From assembly GCA_964016885.1 (NCBI GenBank), contig OZ024742.1, positions 167,276,001 to 167,340,000 on the forward strand: a stretch of 64,000 bases of DNA, given 5' to 3'. Each line of letters starts with the position of its first letter. Positions within the stretch are counted from its first letter, which is position 1. Both the position numbers and the translations under genes were made by a program. A model generated the notes under the pieces. That model was not told the origin of the DNA and did not search any database. It worked only from the letters and a program-made list of their open reading frames with translations. Positions 1 through 11,600 of the stretch are shown here, one piece after another. This DNA comes from Eledone cirrhosa (Eukaryota).

Positions 1-25
1 GGGGAGATAATTTCCAGCCGTCCAA
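1..25 (+). repeat. Example consensus type A monomer GGGGAGATAATTTCCAGCCGTCCAA (25 bp)
   Basis: Read directly at 1-25; exact copies throughout, e.g. 658-682 and 683-707. Confidence 0.98.
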
Positions 26-126
26 GGGAAGATAATTTCAAGCCCTCCAAGGGGCTATAATTTCCAGTGTCCAAGGGGAGATAATTTCCAGCCAGCGAAG
101 GGGAGATAATTTTTTTTTTTAAATCA
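26..126 (+). repeat. Recurrent variant cassette Q (GGGAAG..CCCTCCAA / GGGGCTATAATTTCCAG(T/C)GTCCAA / ..CCAGCCAGCGAA / T-tract unit)
   Basis: Same ordered variants recur at ~1500, 2910, 4295, 5790, 8590, 8765, 9960, 11000, 12470, 15640 and onward to ~62910. Confidence 0.92.
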
Positions 127-179
127 GGGGGAGATTTGTACAAAAAATCAGGGGGAGATAATTTGTAAAAAAAATCAAA

Positions 180-553
180 GGGAGATAATTTCCAGCCGTC
201 CAAAGAGAGATAATTTCTAGCCGTCCAAGGGGAGATAATTTCGAGCCAAGCGGAGATAATTTCCAGCCGTCCAAGGGGAGATAATTTTTTAAAAAATCAG
301 GTGGAGATAATTTGTAAAAAAAATCAGGGGGAGATAATTTGTAAAAACAAAATCAAGGGCAGATAATTTCCAGCTGTCCAAGGGGAGATAATTTCCAGCC
401 GTGCAAGGGGAGATAATTTCCAGCCGTCCAAGGGGAGATAATTTCCATCCTTCCAAGGGGAGATAATTTCCAGCCGTCCAAGGGGAGATAATTTCCCGCC
501 AGCCAAGGGAAGATAATTTTTTAAAAAATCAGGCGGAGATTGTAAAAAAAATC
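180..553 (+). repeat. Recurrent variant cassette R (AGAGAG..CTAG / 21-bp unit / GGTGG / AAAAACAAAA / GGGCAG..CTGTCC / GTGCAA / CCATCCTTCC / CCCGCCAGCC / GGCGGAGATTGT)
   Basis: The AAAAACAAAATCAAGGGCAG marker and matching 60-aa pseudo-ORF recur at 324, 3207, 4592, 11299, 22135, 25650, 28881, 36298, 37338, 40099, 41139, 50558, 52924, 56460, 60028, 61421 and 63210, with partial copies at ~15950 and ~48180. Confidence 0.92.
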
Positions 554-607
554 AGGGGGAGATAATTTGTAAAAAAATCAGGGGGAGATAATTTGTAAAA
601 AAATCAA

Positions 608-831
608 GGGGAGATAATTTCCAGCTGTCCAAAGGGAGGTAATATCTAGCCGTCCAAGGGGAGATAATTTCCAGCCGTCCAAGGGGAGATAATTTCCAGC
701 CGTCCAAGGGTAGATAATATCCAGCCGTCCAAGGAGACATATTTTCCAGCCGTCCAAGGAGAGGTAATTTCTAGCCGTCCAAGTGGAGATAAATTCCAGC
801 CTCCAAGGGGAGATAATTTCCAGCCAGCCAA
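608..831 (+). repeat. Recurrent variant cassette P: 9 type A units ending GGGTAGATAATATCC / G(G/T)AGACAT(AT)TTTCC / GGAGAGGTAATTTCTAG / GATAAATTCCAGCCTCC / CCAGCCAGCCAA
   Basis: The same ordered five-unit tail recurs dozens of times, e.g. 2306, 4977, 6040, 8175, 11683, 14390, 20293, 30302, 43434, 57277 and 62068. Confidence 0.93.
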
Positions 832-940
832 GGGGAGATAATTTGTAAAAAAATCAGGGGGAGATAATTTGTAAAAAAAAATCAGGGGGAGATAATTTGT
901 AAAAAAAAATCAGGGGGAGATAATTTGTAAAAAAAAATCA

Positions 941-967
941 GGGGGAGATAATTTGTAAAAAAAATCA
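941..967 (+). repeat. Example consensus type B monomer GGGGGAGATAATTTGTAAAAAAAATCA (27 bp; A-tract 7-10)
   Basis: Read directly; tandem runs of B, e.g. 832-995 and 1121-1342. Confidence 0.98.
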
Positions 968-2304
968 GGGGGAGATAATTTGTAAAAAAAATCAAGGGGA
1001 GATAATTTCCAGCCGTCCAAGGGGAGATAATTTTCAGCCGTCCAAGGGGAGATAATTTTCAGCCGTCCAAGGGGAGATAATTTCCCGCCAGCCAAGGGAA
1101 GATAATATTTTAAAAAATCAGGCGGAGATAATTTGTAAAAAAAATCAGGGGGAGATAATTTGTAAAAAAATCAGGGGGAGATAATTTGTAAAAAAAAAAT
1201 CAGGGGGAGATAATTTGTAAAAAAAATCAGGGGGAGATAATTTGTAAAAAAAAATCAGGGGTAGATAATTTGTAAAAAAAAATCAGGGGGAGATAATTTG
1301 TAAAAAAAAAATCAGGGGGAGATAATTTGTAAAAAAAATCAAGGGGAGATAATTTCCAGCCGTCCAAGGAGAGATAATTTAAAAAAAAAATCAGGCGGAG
1401 ATAATTTGTAAAAAAAATCAAGGGGAGATAATTTGTAAAAAAAAATCAGGGGGAGATAATTTGTAAAAAAAATCAAGGGGAGATAATTTCCAGCCGTCCA
1501 AGGGAAGATAATTTCCAGCACTCCAACGGGCTATAATTTGCAGTGTCCAAGGGGAGATAATTTCCAGCCAGCGAAGGGGAGATAATTTTTTTAAAAAAAT
1601 CAGGGGGAGATATGTAAAAAAAATCAGAGGGAGATAATTTCTAAAAAAAATCAAAGGGAGATAATTTCCAGCCGTCCAAAGAGAGATAATTTCTAGCCGT
1701 CCAAGGGGAGATAATTTCCAGCCAAGGGGAGATAATTTCCAGCCGTCCAAGGGGAGATAATTATTTAAAAAATCAGGTGGAGATAATTTTTAAAAAAAAA
1801 TCAGGGGGAGATAATTTGTAAAAAAAAATCAGGGGGAGATAATTTGTAAAAAAAATCAAGGGGAGATAATTTGTAAAAAAAAATCAAGGGGAGATAATTT
1901 CCAGCCGTCCAAGGGGAGATAATTTTCAGCCGTCCAAGGGGAGATAATTTCCCGCCAGCCAAGGAAAGATAATATTTAAAAAAATCAGGCGGAGATAATT
2001 TGTAAAAAAAATCAGGGGGAGATAATTTGTAAAAAAATCAGGGGGAGATAATTTGTAAAAAAAAAATCAGGGGGAGATAATTTGTAAAAAAAATCAGGGG
2101 GAGATAATTTGTAAAAAAAAATCAGGGGGAGATAATTTGTAAAAAAAAATCAGGGGGAGATAATTTGTAAAAAAAATCAATTGGAGATAATTTCCAGCCG
2201 TCCAAGGGGAGATAATTTTCAGCCGTCCAAGGAGAGGTAATTTCTAGACGTCCAAGGGGAGATAATTTCCAGCCGTCCAAGGGGAGATAATTTCCAGCCG
2301 TCCA

Positions 2305-5080
2305 AGGGTAGATAATATCCAGCCGTCCAAGGAGACATATTTTCCAGCTTTCCAAGGAGAGGTAATTTCTAGCCGTCCAAGGGGAGATAAATTCCAGCCT
2401 CCAAGGGGAGATAATTTCCAGCCAGCCAAGGGGAGATAATTTGTAAAAAAATCAGGGGGAGATAATTTGTAAAAAAAAATCAGGGGCAGATAATTTGTAA
2501 AAAAAATCAGGAGGAGATAATTTGTAAAAAAAATCAGGGGGAGATAATTTGTAAAAAAAATCAAGGGGAGATAATTTCCAGCCGTCCAAGGGGAGATAAT
2601 TTTCAGCCGTCCAAGGGGAGATAATTTCCCGCCAGCCAAGGGAAGATAATATTTAAAAAATGAGGCGGAGATAATTTGTAAAAAAAATCAGGGGGAGATA
2701 ATTTGTAAAAAAATCAGGGGGAGATAATTTGTAAAAAAAAAATCAGGGAGAGATAATTTGTAAAAAAAATCAGGGGGAGATAATTTGTAAAAAAAAATCA
2801 GGGGTAGATAATTTGTAAAAAAAAATCAGGGGGAGATAATTTGTAAAAAAAATCAGGGTGAGATAATTTGTAAAAAAAATCAAGGGGAGATAATTTCCAG
2901 CCGTCCAAGGGAAGATAATTTCAAGCCCTCCAAGGGGCTATAATTTCCAGTGTCCAAGGGGAGATAATTTCCAGCCAGCGAAGGGGAGATAATTTTTTTT
3001 TTTAAATCAGGGGGAGATTTGTACAAAAAATCAGGGGGAGATAATTTGTAAAAAAAATCAAAGGGAGATAATTTCCAGCCGTCCAAAGAGAGATAATTTC
3101 TAGCCGTCCAAGGGGAGATAATTTCGAGCCAAGCGGAGATAATTTCCAGCCGTCCAAGGGGAGATAATTTTTTAAAAAATCAGGTGGAGATAATTTGTAA
3201 AAAAAATCAGGGGGAGATAATTTGTAAAAACAAAATCAAGGGCAGATAATTTCCAGCTGTCCAAGGGGAGATAATTTCCAGCCGTGCAAGGGGAGATAAT
3301 TTCCAGCCGTCCAAGGGGAGATAATTTCCATCCTTCCAAGGGGAGATAATTTCCAGCCGTCCAAGGGGAGATAATTTCCCGCCAGCCAAGGGAAGATAAT
3401 TTTTTAAAAAATCAGGCGGAGATTGTAAAAAAAATCAGGGGGAGATAATTTGTAAAAAAATCAGGGGGAGATAATTTGTAAAAAAATCAAGGGGAGATAA
3501 TTTCCAGCTGTCCAAAGGGAGGTAATATCTAGCCGTCCAAGGGGAGATAATTTCCAGCCGTCCAAGGGGAGATAATTTCCAGCCGTCCAAGGGTAGATAA
3601 TATCCAGCCGTCCAAGGAGACATATTTTCCAGCCGTCCAAGGAGAGGTAATTTCTAGCCGTCCAAGTGGAGATAAATTCCAGCCTCCAAGGGGAGGGTAG
3701 ATAATATCCAGCCGTCCAAGGAGACATATTTTCCAGCTTTCCAAGGAGAGGTAATTTCTAGCCGTCCAAGGGGAGATAAATTCCAGCCTCCAAGGGGAGA
3801 TAATTTCCAGCCAGCCAAGGGGAGATAATTTGTAAAAAAATCAGGGGGAGATAATTTGTAAAAAAAAATCAGGGGCAGATAATTTGTAAAAAAAATCAGG
3901 AGATAATTTGTAAAAAAAATCAGGGGGAGATAATTTGTAAAAAAAATCAAGGGGAGATAATTTCCAGCCGTCCAAGGGGAGATAATTTTCAGCCGTCCAA
4001 GGGGAGATAATTTCCCGCCAGCCAAGGGAAGATAATATTTAAAAAATGAGGCGGAGATAATTTGTAAAAAAAATCAGGGGGAGATAATTTGTAAAAAAAT
4101 CAGGGGGAGATAATTTGTAAAAAAAAAATCAGGGAGAGATAATTTGTAAAAAAAATCAGGGGGAGATAATTTGTAAAAAAAAATCAGGGGTAGATAATTT
4201 GTAAAAAAAATCAGGGGGAGATAATTTGTAAAAAAAATCAGGGTGAGATAATTTGTAAAAAAAATCAAGGGGAGATAATTTCCAGCCGTCCAAGGGAAGA
4301 TAATTTCAAGCCCTCCAAGGGGCTATAATTTCCAGTGTCCAAGGGGAGATAATTTCCAGCCAGCGAAGGGGAGATAATTTTTTTTTTTAAATCAGGGGGA
4401 GATTTGTACAAAAAATCAGGGGGAGATAATTTGTAAAAAAAATCAAAGGGAGATAATTTCCAGCCGTCCAAAGAGAGATAATTTCTAGCCGTCCAAGGGG
4501 AGATAATTTCGAGCCAAGCGGAGATAATTTCCAGCCGTCCAAGGGGAGATAATTTTTTAAAAAATCAGGTGGAGATAATTTGTAAAAAAAATCAGGGGGA
4601 GATAATTTGTAAAAACAAAATCAAGGGCAGATAATTTCCAGCTGTCCAAGGGGAGATAATTTCCAGCCGTGCAAGGGGAGATAATTTCCAGCCGTCCAAG
4701 GGGAGATAATTTCCATCCTTCCAAGGGGAGATAATTTCCAGCCGTCCAAGGGGAGATAATTTCCCGCCAGCCAAGGGAAGATAATTTTTTAAAAAATCAG
4801 GCGGAGATTGTAAAAAAAATCAGGGGGAGATAATTTGTAAAAAAATCAGGGGGAGATAATTTGTAAAAAAATCAAGGGGAGATAATTTCCAGCTGTCCAA
4901 AGGGAGGTAATATCTAGCCGTCCAAGGGGAGATAATTTCCAGCCGTCCAAGGGGAGATAATTTCCAGCCGTCCAAGGGTAGATAATATCCAGCCGTCCAA
5001 GGAGACATATTTTCCAGCCGTCCAAGGAGAGGTAATTTCTAGCCGTCCAAGTGGAGATAAATTCCAGCCTCCAAGGGGAG
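2305..5080 (+). repeat. Tandem duplication, ~1385-1389 bp unit (2305-3695 and 3694-5080)
   Basis: Shared private variants (CCAGCTTTCC, CAGGGGCAG, AATGAGGCGG, CAGGGTGAG, CCAAGCGGAG); ORF-track offset 1385 (3207 vs 4592, 3435 vs 4820, 2880 vs 4265). Confidence 0.9.
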
Positions 5081-5496
5081 ATAATTTCCAGCCAGCCAAG
5101 GGGAGATAATTTGTAAAAAAATCAGGGGGAGATAATTTGTAAAAAAATCAGGGGGAGATAATTTGTAAAAAAAAATCAGGGGGAGATAATTTGTAAAAAA
5201 AATCAGGGGGAGATAATTTGTAAAAAAAATCAAGGGGAGATAATTTCCAGCCGTCCAAGGAGAGATAATTTAAAAAAAAAATCAGGCGGAGATAATTTGT
5301 AAAAAAAAATCAGGGGGAGATAATTTGTAAAAAAAAATCAGGGGGAGATAATTTGTAAAAAAAATCAAGGGGAGATAATTTCCAGCCGTCCAAGGGGAGA
5401 TAATTTTCAGCCGTCCAAGGGGAGATAATTTCCAGCCGTCCAAGGGGAGATAATTTGAAAAAAAAATCAGGCGGAGATAATTTGTAAAAAAAATCA

Positions 5497-5650
5497 AGGA
5501 GAGATAATTTGCAACCGTCCAAGGGGACATAATTTTCAGTCGTCCAAGGAGAGGTAATTTCTAGCCGTACAAGGGGAGATAATTTCCAGCCGTCCAAGGG
5601 GAGATAATTTCCAGCCGTCCAAGGGGAGATAATTTTTTTTTAAAAATCAG
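5497..5650 (+). repeat. Recurrent variant cassette S (TTTGCAACCGTCC / GGGGACATAATTTTCAGTCGTCC / CTAGCCGTACAA)
   Basis: Seen at ~5500, 12207, 16823, 22572, 29759 and 53867; related TTTGCAGCC / TATGCAGCC forms at ~7790, 9675, 32590, 36755, 39035 and 50330. Confidence 0.88.
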
Positions 5651-8600
5651 GCGGAGATAATTTGTAAAAAAAAAATCAGGGGGAGATAATTTGTAAAAAA
5701 AAATCAGGGGGAGATAATTTGTAAAAAAAATCAGGGGGAGATAATTTGTAAAAAAAATCAAGGGGAGATAATTTCCAGCCGTCCAAGGGAAGATAATTTC
5801 CAGCCCTCCAAGGGGTTATAATTTCCAGCGTCCAAGAGGAGATAATTTCCAGCCAGCGAAGGGGAGATAATTGTTTTAAAAAAATCATTGGGAGATTTGT
5901 AAAAAAAATCAGGGGGAGATAATTAATAAAAAAAATCAAGGGGAGATAATTTCCAGCCGTCCAAGGGGAGGTAATATCTAGCCGTCCAAGGGGAGATAAT
6001 TTCCAGCCGTCCAAGGGGAGATAATTTCCAGCCGTCCAAGGGTAGATAATATCCAGCCGTCCAAGGAGACATATTTTCCAGCCGTCCAAGGAGAGGTAAT
6101 TTCTAGCCGTCCAAGGGGAGATAAATTCCAGCCTCCAAGGGGAGATAATTTCCAGCCAGCCAAGGGGAGATAATTTGTAAAAAAATCAGGGGGAGATAAT
6201 TTGTAAAAAAAATCAGGGGTAGATAATTTGTAAAAAAAAATCAGGGGGAGATAATTTGTAAAAAAAAATCAGGGGGAGATAATTTGTAAAAAAAATCAAG
6301 GGGAGATAATTTCCAGCCGTCCAAGGAGAGATAATTTTTTAAAAAAATCAGGCGGAGATAATTTGTAAAAAAAAATCAGGGGGAGATAATTTGTAAAAAA
6401 AAATCAGGGGGAGATAATTTGTAAAAAAAATCAAGGGGAGATAATTTCCAGCCGTCCAAGGGTAGATAATATCCAGCCGTCCAAGTAGACATATTTTCCA
6501 GCCGTCCAAGGAGAGGTAATTTCTAGCCGTCCAAGGGGAGATAAATTCCAGCCTCCAAAGGTAGATAATTTCCAGCCAGCCAAGGGGAGATAATTTGTAA
6601 AAAAATCAGGGGGAGATAATTTGTAAAAAAAATCAGGGGGAGATAATTTGTAAAAAAAAATCAGGGGGAGATAATTTGTAAAAAAAAATCAGGGGGAGAT
6701 AATTTGTAAAAAAAATCAAGGGGAGATAATTTCCAGCCGTCCAAGGGGAGATAATTTTCAGCCGTCCAAGGGGAGATAATTTCCAGCCGTCCAAGGGGAG
6801 ATAATTTCCATCCTTCCAAGGGGAGATAATTTCCAGCCGTCCAAGGGGAGATAATTTTCAGTCGTCCAAGGGGAGATAATTTCCCGCCAGCCAAGGGAAG
6901 ATAATATTTTAAAAAATCAGGCGGAGATAATTTGTAAAAAAAATCAGGGGGAGATAATTTGTAAAAAAATCAGGGGGAGATAATTTGTAAAAAAAAAATC
7001 AGGGGGAGATAATTTGTGAAAAAAATCAGGGGGAGATAATTTGTAAAAAAAAAATCAGGGGTAGATAATTTGTAAAAAAAAATCAGGGGGAGATAATTTG
7101 TAAAAAAAAAATCAGGGGGAGATAATTTGTAAAAAAAATCAGGGGGAGATAATTTGTAAAAAAAAATCAGGGGGAGATAATTTCCAGCCGTCCAAGGGGA
7201 GATAATTTTCAGCCGTCCAAGGGGAGATAATTTCCCGCCAGCCAAGGGAAGATAATATTTAAAAAAATCAGGCGGAGATAATTTGTAAAAAAAATCAGGG
7301 GGAGATAATTTGTAAAAAAATCAGGGGGAGATAATTTGTAAAAAAAATCAAGGGGAGATAATTTGTAAAAAAAATCAGGGGGAGATAATTTGTAAAAAAA
7401 AATCAGGCGGAGATAATTTGTAAAAAAAATCAGGGGGAGATAATTTGTAAAAAAAAATCAAGGGGAGATAATTTCCAGCCGTCCAAGGGGAGATAATTTC
7501 CCGCCAGCCAAGGGAAGATAATATTTAAAAAATCAGGCGGAGATAATTTGTAAAAAAAATCAGGGGGAGATAATTTGTAAAAAAATCAGGGGGAGATAAT
7601 TTGTAAAAAAAAAATCAGGGGGAGATAATTTGTAAAAGAAATCAGGGGGAGATGATTTGTAAAAAAAAATCAGGGGTAGATAATTTGTAAAAAAAAATCA
7701 GGGGGAGATAATTTGTAAAAAAAAATCAGGGGGAGATAATTTGTAAAAAAAAATCAGTGGGAGATAATTTGTAAAAAAATCAAGGGGAGATAATATGCAG
7801 CCGTCCAAGGGGAGATAATTTTCAGCCGTCCAAGGAGAGTTAATTTCTAGCCGTCCAAGGGGAGATAATTTCCAGCCGTCCAAGGGGAGATAATTTCCAG
7901 CCGTCCAAGGGGAGATAGTTTTTTTAAAAAAATCAGGCGGAGATAATTTGTAAAAAAAAAATCAGGGGGAGATAATTTGTAAAAAAAAATCAGGGGGAGA
8001 TAATTTGTAAAAAAAAATCAAGGGGAGATAATTTGTAAAAAAAATCAGGAGGAGATAATTAGTAAAAAAATCAAGGGGAGATAATTTCCAGCCGTCCAAG
8101 GGGAGGTAATATCTAGCCGTCCAAGGGGAGATAATTTCCAGCCGTCCAAGGGGAGATAATTTCCAGCCGTCCAAGGGTAGATAATATCCAGCCGTCCAAG
8201 TAGACATATTTTCCAGCCGTCCAAGGAGAGGTAATTTCTAGCCGTCCAAGGGGAGATAAATTCTAGCCTCCAAGGGGAGATAATTTCCAGCCAGCCAAGG
8301 GGAGATAATTTGTAAAAAAATCAGGGGGAGATAATTTGTAAAAAAAATCAGGGGGAGATAATTTGTAAAAAAAAATCAGGGGGAGATAATTTGTAAAAAA
8401 AATCAGGGGGAGATAATTTGTAAAAAAAAATCAGGGGGAGATAATTTGTAAAAAAAATCAAGGGGAGATAATTTCCAGCCGTCCAAGGGGAGATAATTTC
8501 CAGCCGTCCAAGGGGAGGTAATATCTAGCCGTCCAAGGGGAGATAATTTCCAGCCGTCCAAGAGGAGATAATTTCCAGCCGTCCAAGGGAAGATAATTTC

Positions 8601-11600
8601 AAGCCCTCCAAGGGGCTATAATTTCCAGTGTCCAAGGGGAGATAATTTCCAGCCAGCGAAGGGGAGATAATTTTTTTTTAAAAATCAGGGGGCGATTTGT
8701 AAAAAAAATCAGGGGGAGATAATTTGTAAAAAAAATCAAGGGGAGATAATTTCCAGCCGTCGAAGGGAAGATAATTTCCAGCCCTCCAAGGGGCTATAAT
8801 TTCCAGCGTCCAAGGGGAGATAATTTCCAGCCAGCGAAGGGGAGATAATTTTTTTAAAAAAATCATTGGGAGATTTGTAAAAAAAATCAGGGAGAGACAA
8901 TTTGTAAAAAAAATCAAGGGGAGATAATTTCCAGCCGTCCAAGGGGAGGTAATATCTAGCCGTCCAAGGGGAGATAATTTCCAGCCGTCCAAGGGGAGAT
9001 AATTTCCAGCCGTCCAAGGGTAGATAATATCCAGCCGTCCAAGTAGACATTTTCCAGCCGTCCAAGGAGAGGTAATTTCTAGCCGTCCAAGGGGAGATAA
9101 ATTCCAGCCTCCAAGGGGAGATAATTTCCAGCCAGCCAAGGGGAGATAATTTGTAAAAAAAATCAGGGGGAGATAATTTGTAAAAAAAAATCAGGGGGAG
9201 ATAATTTGTAAAAAAAAATCAGGGGGAGATAATTTGTAAAAAAAAATCAGGGGGAGATAATTTGTAAAAAAAATCAAGGGGAGATAATTTCCAGCCGTCC
9301 AAGGGGAGATAATTTTCAGCCGTCCAAGGGGAGATAATTTCCAGCCGTCCAAGGGGAGATAATTTCCATCCTTCCAAGGGGAGATAATTTCCAGCCGTCC
9401 AAGGGGAGATAATTTCCCGCCAACCAAGGGAAGATAATTTTTAAAAAAATCAGGCGGAGATTGTAAAAAAAATCAGGGGGAGATAATTTGTAAAAAAAAA
9501 ATCAGGGGGAGATAATTTGTAAAAAAAATCAGGGGGAGATAATTTGTAAAAAAAAATCAAGGGGAGATAATTTGTACAAAAAATCAGGGGTATATAATTT
9601 GTAAAAAAAAATCAGGGGGAGATAATTTGTAAAAAAAAATCAGGGGGAGATAATTTGTAAAAAAAATCAAGGGGAGATAATTTGCAGCCGTCCAAGGGGA
9701 GATAATTTTCAGCCGTCCAAGGAGAGGTAATTTCTAGTCGTCCAAGGTGAGATAATATCCAGCCGTCCAAGGGGAGATAATTTCCAGCCGTCCAAGGGGA
9801 GATAATTTTTAAAAAAAAACAGGCGAAGATAATTTGTAAAAAAAAAATCAGGGGGAGATAATTTGTAAAAAAAATCAGGGGGAGATAATTTGTAAAAAAA
9901 AATCAGGGGGAGGTAATTTGTGAAAAAAAATCAAGGGGAGATAATTTCCAGCCGTCCAAGGGAAGATAATTTCCAGCCCTCCAAGGGGCTATAATTTCCA
10001 GCGTCCAAGGGGAGATAATTTCCAGCCAGCGAAGGGGAGATAATTTTTTTTTTTTTAAATCAGGGGGAGATAATTTGTAAAAAAAAATCAGGGGGAGATA
10101 ATTTCCAGCCGTCCAAGGGGAGATAATTTTCAGCCGTCCAAGGGGAGATAATTTTCAGCCGTCCAAGGGGAGATAATTTCCCGCCAGCCAAGGAAAGATA
10201 ATATTTAAAAAAATCAGGCGGAGATAATTTGTAAAAAAAAATCAGGGGGAGATAATTTGTAAAAAAAATCAATTGGAGATAATTTCCAGCCGTCCAAGGG
10301 GAGATAATTTTCAGCCGTCCAAGGAGAGGTAATTTCTAGACGTCCAAGGGGAGATAATTTCCAGCCGTCCAAGGGGAGATAATTTCCAGCCGTCCAAGGG
10401 TAGATAATATCCAGCCGTCCAAGGAGACATATTTTCCAGCTTTCCAAGGAGAGGTAATTTCTAGCCGTCCAAGGGGAGATAAATTCCAGCCTCCAAGGGG
10501 AGATAATTTCCAGCCAGCCAAGGGGAGATAATTTGTAAAAAAATCAGGGGGAGATAATTTGTAAAAAAAAATCAGGGGCAGATAATTTGTAAAAAAAATC
10601 AGGGGGAGATAATTTGTAAAAAATATCAGGGGGAGATAATTTGTAAAAAAAATCAAAGGGAGATAATTTCCAGCCGTCCAAGGGGAGATAATTTTCAGCC
10701 GTCCAAGGGGAGATAATTTCCCGCCAGCCAAGGGAAGATAATATTTAAAAAATGAGGCGGAGATAATTTGTAAAAAAAATCAGGGGGAGATAATTTGTAA
10801 AAAAATCAGGGGGAGATAATTTGTAAAAAAAAAATCAGGGAGAGATAATTTGTAAAAAAAATCAGGGGGAGATAATTTGTAAAAAAAAATCAGGGGTAGA
10901 TAATTTGTAAAAAAAAATCAGGGGGAGATAATTTGTAAAAAAAATCAGGGGGAGATAATTTGTAAAAAAAATCAAGGGGAGATAATTTCCAGCCGTCCAA
11001 GGGAAGATAATTTCAAGCCCTCCAAGGGGCTATAATTTCCAGTGTCCAAGGGGAGATAATTTCCAGCCAGCGAAGGGGAGATAATTTTTTTTTAAAAATC
11101 AGTGGGAGATTTGTACAAAAAATCAGGGGGAGATAATTTGTAAAAAAAATCAAAGGGAGATAATTTCCAGCCGTCCAAAGAGAGATAATTTCTAGCCGTC
11201 CAAGGGGAGATAATTTCGAGCCAAGGGGAGATAATTTCCAGCCGTCCAAGGGGAGATAATTTTTTAAAAAATCAGGTGGAGATAATTTGTAAAAAAAATC
11301 AGGGGGAGATAATTTGTAAAAACAAAATCAAGGGCAGATAATTTCCAGCTGTCCAAGGGGAGATAATTTCCAGCCGTGCAAGGGGAGATAATTTCCAGCC
11401 GTCCAAGGGGAGATAATTTCCATCCTTCCAAGGGGAGATAATTTCCAGCCGTCCAAGGGGAGATAATTTCCCGCCAGCCAAGGGAAGATAATTTTTTAAA
11501 AAATCAGGCGGAGATTGTAAAAAAAATCAGGGGGAGATAATTTGTAAAAAAATCAGGGGGAGATAATTTGTAAAAAAATCAAGGGGAGATAATTTCCAGC

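Noticed and set aside
832-995. G-quadruplex array from G4-G5 tracts on the plus strand
   Set aside because: The loops are ~21-23 nt, far longer than canonical stable G4 loops, so this is not supportable from sequence alone.
1581-1601. Intrinsic terminators or hairpins at T(n)A(m) tracts
   Set aside because: Only AT-rich quasi-palindromes without a GC stem, and there is no transcription unit for them to terminate.
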